64,000 bases of DNA, from assembly GCA_043811375.1 (NCBI GenBank), contig JBDRNJ010000031.1, forward strand, positions 18,031-82,030. The letters run 5' to 3'. Each line of letters begins with the position of its first letter. Positions within the stretch are counted from its first letter, which is position 1. Below the pieces are notes generated by a model. That model searched no databases, was not told where the DNA came from, and worked only from the letters and a program-made list of their open reading frames with translations. This document shows positions 9,852-17,439 of this stretch, piece after piece. The position numbers were made by a program, and so were the translations under genes. The stretch is from a bacterium. Its GTDB lineage: Bacteria; Zixibacteria; MSB-5A5; GN15; FEB-12.

Positions 9852-10077
9852 TTGAATGATGCCAAACTCGATACCTCCGTTCATGAGCGCGCGTACTAAG
9901 GTTCTTCTTGTTTGAGACGAGCTACCGCCTGAGGGTGGTTTCTGGAAACTCAGTGGGTCAAAACTACTGGTGAGTTTAGGATTATGACTGCTTCTCCGCT
10001 CAGAATCAGATTGAGTGCTCGATTTGTGATTGTCAACCAACTGACAACCTGCTATTCCAGAGGTAGGAGGTAAGCGT

Positions 10078-10857
10078 ATGGGACATATCCGACTCGACCG
10101 ACTACCGAAGACCAGGCGTTGGAAAGAGGTTATTGAGTTACTTCACCAGGGCAGGTCCATTGACGAGTTGGCGCGGGCAACATTCTACGCCGCTCAAACG
10201 GGTTTGTCTCGAATACCCATTGATGCCGGCTTCACTCAGACCCTTACCGTCATATTTGGTTTCATTGACGCTCTCCAATCCAAAACTCCAGTTACCAGTT
10301 TGCGTCAAAAAGGCTTTGCCGTGCCGACGGATGCTTCACTATTTGACTATGTCGGTAGCTTCAAGGCGCGAGCCGAGGACGCAGCAGCGGCTGTCCACGC
10401 GCGATCCGATATCGCTGAAATCGCACGGGATAGTTTCTCGCAAGTTCTGCTGAAATACGCCGGTTCATCGTTGCAGACTCTCTTCGGCGTCGATTCAACT
10501 GATGCGAAACAAGCTTTGCGATCCAACCTCAAGGGGAAGCCACTCGGCTCGACTATGCACGAGTTCTTCGCCACCTTCACTCAAAGGTATCTCAATTACT
10601 ACTTGGGTCGCGAATTGCCTAATCACGTTGGGACCGGCAAGGCGTTTTCAAATGTGGATGGGCATTCGGAGTTCAACAAGGCGTTTGACCTCCATGTCAG
10701 GCAGACAGTGCGGATAGCCGACGAGTTCACTCCGGGTTGGTTTGGCAAGGCACGATATGAGGAGAGGCTCTCGCATAAGGACGTGTCTCGCTTTGCCCAT
10801 ACAGCCTTCAAGAAGATTCGTAGCGAATTTCGGCGAGGTGGAGAGGCTAATGGATGA
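10078..10857 (+). CDS. Hypothetical helical protein starting Met-Gly, probable partner/substrate of the QueC-like enzyme (QatB-analogous)
   Basis: Strong RBS (AGGAGG), starts MGHIRL, and its stop overlaps the next ATG by 8 bp. Confidence 0.7.
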   Translation: MGHIRLDRLPKTRRWKEVIELLHQGRSIDELARATFYAAQTGLSRIPIDAGFTQTLTVIFGFIDALQSKTPVTSLRQKGFAVPTDASLFDYVGSFKARAEDAAAAVHARSDIAEIARDSFSQVLLKYAGSSLQTLFGVDSTDAKQALRSNLKGKPLGSTMHEFFATFTQRYLNYYLGRELPNHVGTGKAFSNVDGHSEFNKAFDLHVRQTVRIADEFTPGWFGKARYEERLSHKDVSRFAHTAFKKIRSEFRRGGEANG

Positions 10858-12682
10858 ACCGGTGGACATCTGGTGCGGTCCGGAGTTACTGCCGAGAAGT
10901 TTCAGTCGAAGGCGCACAGTCCTCCTCAACACAGTCCCCGATTTCCACAACGTCAACCTCCGGATTAAGAATATCACAAAGAAGCTCGCCAAGAATCTGT
11001 CTCCGGTAGTCCTCGATCTCCTCGAAATCGCCAGCTACGTTTATGCGGCGGATCAATCGGTCCGTCGCGGGGGTAGGACGCTACGGGGAGACGGCAAAGA
11101 CTGGCGCAGGGAGTTTGTGTATCACATTCCGGTTCGGCGTCTTGACCTGTGGCAAAGCGAAGAAACATCTGAAGCTCTTGTCAATCTACTGACCTTCCTT
11201 TCAGATGATTTCTATGAGTTCAAGTTTCGAGAGTTGACCAGGGAAGTTGATCCTCAGACATACATTGATTTTGACGAAGGCAGACCGTGGTTTGATGCCA
11301 ACAAGGTCATGCTGTTTTCAGGTGGACTCGACTCCCTGGCCGGTCTATGTGAGAGCGTGAAGGACGACAATCAGAGAATCGTTCTTGTGAGTCATCGCCC
11401 GGCACCGCAAACAGACCATTTGCAGAGAAAACTACTGGCTGATTTCACAGGGTTGACCGAAAGCCAGAAGCGTCTGTTGCATGTGCCGGTCTGGATAAAC
11501 AAAGCTGAGAAACTCACCAAGGACACGCACCAGCGAACCAGATCATTCCTGTATGCTTCATTGGCAGCCTCGCTGGCTCATATGCACAATCTGTCAAAGG
11601 TGTACTTCTACGAGAACGGGATTACCAGTTCGAACCTGGCTATTGCGCCATCGGCTCTTGGAGCTCGCACCAGCAGAACCACGCATCCGCAAGTTCTCAA
11701 GGGCTTTAGCAGACTGCTGTCAGTAATCTTCAATCAAGATTTCTCTGTCGACAATCCGTTCTTCTGGAAGACGAAGGCGGATATCGTCAAGATCATAAGG
11801 GATTGCGGAGCGAAGGATTTGATTCGTCACACGAGCAGTTGTAGTCATGTTAGATCAGGCAACCCATTGGGCAATCACTGCGGTGTTTGTTCCCAGTGCA
11901 TAGGCAGACGGTTGGCGATTCTGCACAACTCCGCGGAAGCCGATGATCCGGAAGAAATGTATCGGGTCAGGATGCCTCTGGACCCAATAACCAAGGACAT
12001 TGAGCGAGCCATGTTGGAGCTAATCATCAAAGCGGCGCGGGACTTCGAGAGTGCCGATGTGGTCAGTTTCTTCGGCCGTTACGGGCAGGCGATGGCGATT
12101 GTGACTGCGCTGGACATGAAATCGGACCCGGCCGCAAACAGGCTCTTGGAGCTGCACAAGCGCCACGGTCAGCAAGTGTGCCAGGTACTCCAGGACATCG
12201 TTGAAACCCACGGAGGACTGGTGGCGCGTGGAGGTGTCCCGGCGAACTCCATGCTAAGCATGATAGCTGAGCAACCAACCAAGACGCCCGCTGTGCCAAA
12301 AGGCTGTATGCCCATTTCCTTGCCGGAGGATACTGTCTGGGAAGACATCACCGTTGAAATTGTCGGCAACGATGCGGCCAAGATATTCATCGGCGATCAG
12401 TATCATGCAGTAACGGCATTTGACATGGGATTCAAGGATCACAAGAAGAACTTACCCAACCGCATTTGGGATCTTCTTTTTGACTTTGCTGAAGCTGGCG
12501 GGACCCTGGCATGGAGTTCGGAAGAAAGAACGGGGCACTGGTACCATAAGGACTTCCAAAGGCTCAGAAACACCCTCAAAGCGTTCTTCGGTCTGACTGA
12601 GGACCCTCTGGCTCCATATGACAAAAAAGTAGGCTACCAAACGCGCTTCAGTATTCTTTACGACCGCACTGCAAAAACCTGA
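10850..12682 (+). CDS. QueC-family (7-cyano-7-deazaguanine synthase-like, QatC-type) protein with extra C-terminal domain
   Basis: DLLEIASYVYAAD, PP-loop SGGLDS, QRTRSFL, ENG, RTTHP and Zn site SC...HCGVCSQC. ATG 10850 is coupled to the upstream stop. Confidence 0.85.
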   Translation: MDEPVDIWCGPELLPRSFSRRRTVLLNTVPDFHNVNLRIKNITKKLAKNLSPVVLDLLEIASYVYAADQSVRRGGRTLRGDGKDWRREFVYHIPVRRLDLWQSEETSEALVNLLTFLSDDFYEFKFRELTREVDPQTYIDFDEGRPWFDANKVMLFSGGLDSLAGLCESVKDDNQRIVLVSHRPAPQTDHLQRKLLADFTGLTESQKRLLHVPVWINKAEKLTKDTHQRTRSFLYASLAASLAHMHNLSKVYFYENGITSSNLAIAPSALGARTSRTTHPQVLKGFSRLLSVIFNQDFSVDNPFFWKTKADIVKIIRDCGAKDLIRHTSSCSHVRSGNPLGNHCGVCSQCIGRRLAILHNSAEADDPEEMYRVRMPLDPITKDIERAMLELIIKAARDFESADVVSFFGRYGQAMAIVTALDMKSDPAANRLLELHKRHGQQVCQVLQDIVETHGGLVARGGVPANSMLSMIAEQPTKTPAVPKGCMPISLPEDTVWEDITVEIVGNDAAKIFIGDQYHAVTAFDMGFKDHKKNLPNRIWDLLFDFAEAGGTLAWSSEERTGHWYHKDFQRLRNTLKAFFGLTEDPLAPYDKKVGYQTRFSILYDRTAKT

Positions 12683-12865
12683 TCGCCGAAATATCGACGG
12701 ATCACCGCAATCCACTCTGAAAAATAGTTAGCTCTCTAATCTCCCGTTGCACTGTGTAATACGGGAGACGTCTGTCCGATTCAGGTGTTTTTTCTCGCCT
12801 CAGCGAAATTTCGCCAAAGAAATACGAAGGACAAAATGATTGGCGAAAGCAAAACGGCATGACCC

Positions 12866-13135
12866 TTGTGGTCGAGGTCCGGAAGGTGCCTTCAACGCCA
12901 ATCTGCCTTCCGGACCTTTTTTGCTTTGGAGCTGGATTTGGCACTTGTTTCCAAAGATTCGTGGCAAGAAGGGGAAGACCCGCCCCGGCCGGAGAAGAAC
13001 CGTGTCGAGTTCGTGGCTTTTCAAGGTCGTCAGGTAACGCAGGTTGAATACGCGGAAATCTGCCGGAATCTGGCGGAGTACTTTGGCATCCTCCGAGCGT
13101 GGCTGGAAAAGGAACGTAGCGGTGAAGAAGAGTAG
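12866..13135 (+). CDS. Small hypothetical protein (true start uncertain, probably shorter)
   Basis: Amphipathic C-terminal EYAEICRNLAEYFGILRAWLEKE directly upstream of the recombinase genes. Confidence 0.4.
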   Translation: MWSRSGRCLQRQSAFRTFFALELDLALVSKDSWQEGEDPPRPEKNRVEFVAFQGRQVTQVEYAEICRNLAEYFGILRAWLEKERSGEEE

Positions 13136-13187
13136 GACTTACTACAGGGGGACTCCCGTCCTATCTTAAACACTGACTTCAGCGGAG

Positions 13188-14297
13188 GTGAAAACAGTGC
13201 AAGTGAATAGCAAAAATGAGAAGATCAAGAGGAAGTACTTCAGGTGGTTGAGGGAGGCAAACGGCCTGTCGGAGCTAACTGTCTGTGCTGTAGAGAAAGC
13301 GATCTGGCTGTACGAGGACTTCACCAATCACGGTGACTTCGCGGGATTCAACCAGAGCAAAGCTGTCAGGCTGAAGAAATGGCTGCTGAGCAGAACCTAC
13401 AGAGGAAAGCCAGTCTCGATCACCACAGTATATCACTACCTGCGTCATCTTAAACGGTTTTTTGTCTGGTTGTCTGGCCAACCTGGCTACAAGTCGAGGA
13501 TAAGTTTAGACAGCGTCTCGTACTTGTCGCTGGAGAAAAAGAAAGTACGAGAGGCAACCGCACCTAAGCGAGTGAAGTATCCTTCCTTGGAGTATGTCCG
13601 GAATCTTGCTGATTCTATCGATGTGAGAAACGAGATTGATCAGAGAGATCGAGCGCTGATTGCATTCCTGCTTCTGAGCGGAATGAGAGACAAGGCCGTC
13701 AGTACTCTCCCCATCGGTTGTTTTGATACCCAGACGCTGGAGATTCAGCAGGACCCGGTAGCAGGCGTTGACACCAAGTTCGGGAAATCCTTCATAAGTG
13801 TTTTGTTCCGCTTTGATGACAAGCTTGTTGAGTATGTGATCAACTGGGTCAAGTACTTGACAGAGACGAAGCTGTTCGCCTCCACTGATCCACTGTTTCC
13901 GCGGAGCAGAGTGGAACAAGTAGAGGGTGGTTTGACTTTCATCTCGCGGCAGGTTGAGGGAGTGTACTGGAAAGGGGCTGGTAGCATCAGACAGATTCTG
14001 AAGGTTCGCTCGGCAAAAGCAGGCCTGAATTATTATCACCCTCACTCGTATCGCCATACGGCTGTGAGTCTGGCTATGAGGTACTGCCGTAACGCTGAGG
14101 AAATCAAGGCAGTAAGTCAGAACTTCGGTCATGACTACATCGGTACTACGATGGTCACCTACGGGACACTGGACGACTTCAGAGTAGAGGAGATCATTAG
14201 AGGAATGGATTTTTCAGCCGGTTGCTGCAAGGTGAACCAGAATCAGGTGATCGAGGATGTGCTGAGACAGCTTGAAAAACTGAAAAAGAACTCTTGA
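13188..14297 (+). CDS. Tyrosine recombinase/integrase
   Basis: Catalytic set SGMR, K (DTKFG), HSYRH, NFGH, TYG. Confidence 0.9.
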   Translation: MKTVQVNSKNEKIKRKYFRWLREANGLSELTVCAVEKAIWLYEDFTNHGDFAGFNQSKAVRLKKWLLSRTYRGKPVSITTVYHYLRHLKRFFVWLSGQPGYKSRISLDSVSYLSLEKKKVREATAPKRVKYPSLEYVRNLADSIDVRNEIDQRDRALIAFLLLSGMRDKAVSTLPIGCFDTQTLEIQQDPVAGVDTKFGKSFISVLFRFDDKLVEYVINWVKYLTETKLFASTDPLFPRSRVEQVEGGLTFISRQVEGVYWKGAGSIRQILKVRSAKAGLNYYHPHSYRHTAVSLAMRYCRNAEEIKAVSQNFGHDYIGTTMVTYGTLDDFRVEEIIRGMDFSAGCCKVNQNQVIEDVLRQLEKLKKNS

Positions 14298-14322
14298 CAT
14301 AGGCGACATATGACGATATATT
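14294..14322 (+). promoter_or_regulatory. Sigma70 promoter for the XRE and serine recombinase genes
   Basis: TTGACA-17 bp-TATATT, with a GACATA direct repeat over the -35 box and spacer. Confidence 0.65.
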
Positions 14323-14332
14323 GGGGTGTACA

Positions 14333-14527
14333 ATGGCTAAGAAGGATTTGATAACAAAGCTCGAAGAGTTTCGGTTGGAGAACAGGATCACTCAGACCGA
14401 ACTGGCGGATATGATGGGAGTGGCATTCGTAACCGTCAATCGGTGGCTGAACGGTCATCAGTACCCGAACCGGATTCAGGAGTACCACATCGAGAAGCTC
14501 CTATCTTCTAAGGGACGCAAGCGATGA
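14333..14527 (+). CDS. XRE-family HTH regulator
   Basis: ITQTELADMMGVAFVTVNRWLNG. ATGA overlap with the next gene. Confidence 0.85.
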   Translation: MAKKDLITKLEEFRLENRITQTELADMMGVAFVTVNRWLNGHQYPNRIQEYHIEKLLSSKGRKR

Positions 14528-16074
14528 AGTGCGTGATCTATGCCAGGGTCTCGTCGAAAGAGCAGGAGCGCGAGGGCTTTTCAATTCCGTCACAACTGAA
14601 ACTCGTGCGAAAATACGCCCGTGAGAACAACCTGGAAGTGGTGCAGGAGTACATCGACGTGGAAACAGCCAAGGCCACGGGGCGAACTGGATTCGGCGAA
14701 ATGTTGGCATACATCAAGGCACCTATGCACGAGTGTCGCGTAATTCTGGTGGAGAAGACAGACCGCCTCTACCGCAATATCAGGGACTGGGTCACTTTGG
14801 ACGAGTATAATGTTGAGGTTCACTTCGTCAAAGAGAACTTCATTCTTTCAAAGGATTCAAAGTCGTCAGAGAAATTTCTTCACGGCATCAAGGTCCTGAT
14901 GGCCAAGAACTACATCGACAACCTCTCGGAGGAAGTGAAGAAGGGAATGCGTGAGAAAGCCGAGCAGGGTGAATGGCCCAACAAAGCACCCTTGGGCTAT
15001 CTGAACAACAAGGAAACCCACCTGCTTGAGGTTGATCCGGACCGTGCTCCAATAATCGCACAGCTTTTTGAATTGTACTCTACTGGACAGCATTCCATCA
15101 CAACTTTACACCAAAGAGCAAAAGAGCTGGGCCTTAAGTACAGAAACTCGAACCGGTATTGCAGCCGAAGCAACATCGAGAGAGTTCTGAAGAACCCGAT
15201 ATATGCCGGTCGATTCGTATGGAAAGGCACCACCTTCCGGGGAATCCACGCACCGATAATATCTGAGACGCTGTTCGAAGAGGTCCGGGCGCGGTTCCGT
15301 AGGAGCGGCAAATCCAAGGCCAACACTCGGAAGTTTGCTTTCAAGGGACTGCTCACTTGTGGCTACTGTGGCTGTGCTATCACTGCCGAACTCAAGAAAG
15401 GGAAGTACGTCTACTATCGGTGCACTAACGGCAAGGGTAAGTGCAAGCAGCCGTACGTTCGCGAAGAGAAGCTTGCTGATACTCTTGCGGAAGTCGTTAT
15501 TCGAGTGCGTATTAGCTCGTCCCAAGCAGGAGAGATAAGAGAGGCTCTGAGGGCCAGCTTCGAAACAGAAAAGGGATATCGGACGAAAGAAGTCGCCAGG
15601 CTGAAGCGTGAACAGGCGCGACTCCAAGGCCACCTTGATCAGACATACCTGGATAAGATTGAGGGACGAATTGACACCGAGTTTTGGAGGAAGACGCACG
15701 ATAGATGGATCAGTGAGCAGAACTTGGTATCAAGCAGGATGGAGGAATTGACGCGCGCCAACAAGAACTACTACGAACAGGGCGTCGATTTCTTAGAACT
15801 CGCCCAAGCAGCCCCCTCGTTATACCTTAGCCAGACAATCGACGAAAAAGCCAAGCTGTTGCGTACGCTACTTTCGAACTGCACGATGAAGGGGGCAACC
15901 CTTTGTCCCACATACAACAAACCCTTCAACTTGGTCGCTGAAGGGGGCGCAGGTGACAAAAAGCTGGGAGACTGGGATTCGAACCCAGATTCTGCGGTCC
16001 AGAGCCGCATGCCCTGCCATTGGACTATCTCCCAGTACCTTAAGACAAATCGGCGACTGCCGCCAAATTCTTAG
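14524..16074 (+). CDS. Large serine recombinase
   Basis: YARVSS catalytic motif, EKTDRLYRN, recombinase domain, Zn ribbon (CGYCG...YYRC...C) and coiled coil. The C-terminus is read antisense through the tRNA. Confidence 0.92.
   Translation: MKCVIYARVSSKEQEREGFSIPSQLKLVRKYARENNLEVVQEYIDVETAKATGRTGFGEMLAYIKAPMHECRVILVEKTDRLYRNIRDWVTLDEYNVEVHFVKENFILSKDSKSSEKFLHGIKVLMAKNYIDNLSEEVKKGMREKAEQGEWPNKAPLGYLNNKETHLLEVDPDRAPIIAQLFELYSTGQHSITTLHQRAKELGLKYRNSNRYCSRSNIERVLKNPIYAGRFVWKGTTFRGIHAPIISETLFEEVRARFRRSGKSKANTRKFAFKGLLTCGYCGCAITAELKKGKYVYYRCTNGKGKCKQPYVREEKLADTLAEVVIRVRISSSQAGEIREALRASFETEKGYRTKEVARLKREQARLQGHLDQTYLDKIEGRIDTEFWRKTHDRWISEQNLVSSRMEELTRANKNYYEQGVDFLELAQAAPSLYLSQTIDEKAKLLRTLLSNCTMKGATLCPTYNKPFNLVAEGGAGDKKLGDWDSNPDSAVQSRMPCHWTISQYLKTNRRLPPNS
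15964..16034 (-). tRNA. tRNA-Gln(CTG), CCA not encoded
   Basis: TGGGAGA TA GTCC AATGGCA GGGC A TGCGG CTCTGGA CCGCA GAAT CTGGG TTCGAAT CCCAG TCTCCCA G folds as a cloverleaf. Confidence 0.95.
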
Positions 16075-16129
16075 CCCGGTCCAACCGACATTGTTTAGAG
16101 CCGGGGGCAGCGGCCGATTCGACAGGTCG

Positions 16130-16157
16130 AATATATAATATCCCGAGTCAATGTCAA
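16130..16157 (-). promoter_or_regulatory. Promoter of tRNA-Gln
   Basis: TTGACA-16 bp-TATATT. Confidence 0.5.
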
Positions 16158-16172
16158 GCTGCGTGCCATAAT

Positions 16173-16826
16173 CTAAACCGCCAGCAGTACCGACCAGTAG
16201 TAAGTTCCATAGTCCAGACGCTTGATGGAAAAGCATGGCGCCAGGATTGACTGCAACTGATCGCGGGTGAAATAGTTCTTCAGGATCACGAACTCGGTGC
16301 CATCCTGCAGTCGGCGGATCTTGAAACTGTTGCCGTGATTGTCGGTTCTGATGATATTCGTCTGCGGGCCTTCTGCCGGGGGGTTGTTGTCAATCATCCA
16401 GATCAGTCCGTTTTTCCTGAGTGGCCGTCGCATCTGTTGAAACAGCCGGTGGTAATCCTGACGAGGATGATGGGAAAACCAGAAACCAAGCGTTACGATG
16501 TCGAAGCCGGCTTCGGCAATCGGCAGGCACTGCAAATCGGCTGTCAGAAAGTCTACCGGCCGGGCGTACTCTTTTTGGCGAGCCTCTGTCAGCATTTCCA
16601 TAGAGATGTCCATAGCTGCGACATAAGCCGCAGTCCGGGAAATCACATGAGTCCAGTAGCCGGTGCCGCAGGCGATATCAACGACTTCCCGGCCATCGAC
16701 CAGATCCATCAACCGGGCCGCATCCCGGTCAATTTCCCGCCTGCGATCCGGAACATCCCGATAGTATATCTGTTCGTATTCCGGTGCTCGCGCCCGGTAG
16801 TAATCTTCAGTGTTGGCATCATTCAT
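16173..16826 (-). CDS. Class I SAM-dependent methyltransferase
   Basis: VVDIACGTG motif I. Confidence 0.85.
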   Translation of the reverse strand: MNDANTEDYYRARAPEYEQIYYRDVPDRRREIDRDAARLMDLVDGREVVDIACGTGYWTHVISRTAAYVAAMDISMEMLTEARQKEYARPVDFLTADLQCLPIAEAGFDIVTLGFWFSHHPRQDYHRLFQQMRRPLRKNGLIWMIDNNPPAEGPQTNIIRTDNHGNSFKIRRLQDGTEFVILKNYFTRDQLQSILAPCFSIKRLDYGTYYWSVLLAV

Positions 16827-17439
16827 GTTTCTTGACTATTGCCTCCGCCAGCAGCCGCCCTATTTCGTCGGCTCGCTTCAAAGTGTCGGGGCAGTCGGCA
16901 GCGCTGCCCGATCTGGTGAACCGGGGTGAACTATAGGTGAGTACACCCTGGTTGTCTACCTCCACCCACTTGAAAAAACCGGCTACGACTCGTCTCGCTC
17001 CCTCGAACCATCCCCGTCGGCCGCCCACCAGCACCATGGCTCCGGGACGACTACGGTCAAGTATGCGGATGAAATCATGTTGGGGGTCGACGTTGTTGAA
17101 ATCGGGCGGACGGAAACAGTTACAACGATCGATAAACATCTTGGCCTGTGCTGACACCGTGTCAAAATACACGGGTGAGCCGAACAGAACGCAGTCGCAG
17201 GCGACTAACCTGGCATAGATATCGGTCAGGTCGTCCTCCAGAAAGCAGAACTTCGGAGTCGGCGCCTCGCCGCACGACTGACAGGGTGCGAAACGCAGTT
17301 CGTTCAGCTTCACAAAATCCGTGCTGATCCGATGTTTGCCGGCCAGGTTGTCCGTGACGGCAGTAGCCAGACGATTGAGAAGAAGGTCGGTAGACGACCC
17401 TTCGACGGGAGATGCCGATATGGCCAGCAGCCTAATCAA
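16819..17439 (-). CDS. Flavodoxin-like / iron-sulfur flavoprotein (NADPH-dependent FMN reductase family)
   Basis: ISASP..GSST, PCQSC...C...DD, GSPVYF, KMFIDR. TTG 17439 is the likely start. Confidence 0.8.
   Translation of the reverse strand: MIRLLAISASPVEGSSTDLLLNRLATAVTDNLAGKHRISTDFVKLNELRFAPCQSCGEAPTPKFCFLEDDLTDIYARLVACDCVLFGSPVYFDTVSAQAKMFIDRCNCFRPPDFNNVDPQHDFIRILDRSRPGAMVLVGGRRGWFEGARRVVAGFFKWVEVDNQGVLTYSSPRFTRSGSAADCPDTLKRADEIGRLLAEAIVKKHE

Larger units (their letters stand above)
4261..15964. mobile_element. Serine-recombinase integrative element (defence island) at the 3' end of tRNA-Gln
   Basis: The recombinase ORF runs into the tRNA at the right end. The left end at 4259-4315 carries TGGC (reverse complement of the tRNA's G-CCA) followed by an orphan in-frame recombinase-like tail. 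Confidence 0.75.

Noticed and set aside
10078..12682. Housekeeping queC, dpd DNA-modification cluster, or complete qatABCD / type IV CBASS
   Set aside because: The protein is far longer than tRNA QueC, and no queD/E, dpdA/TGT, KAP NTPase, TatD or CD-NTase is in the window.
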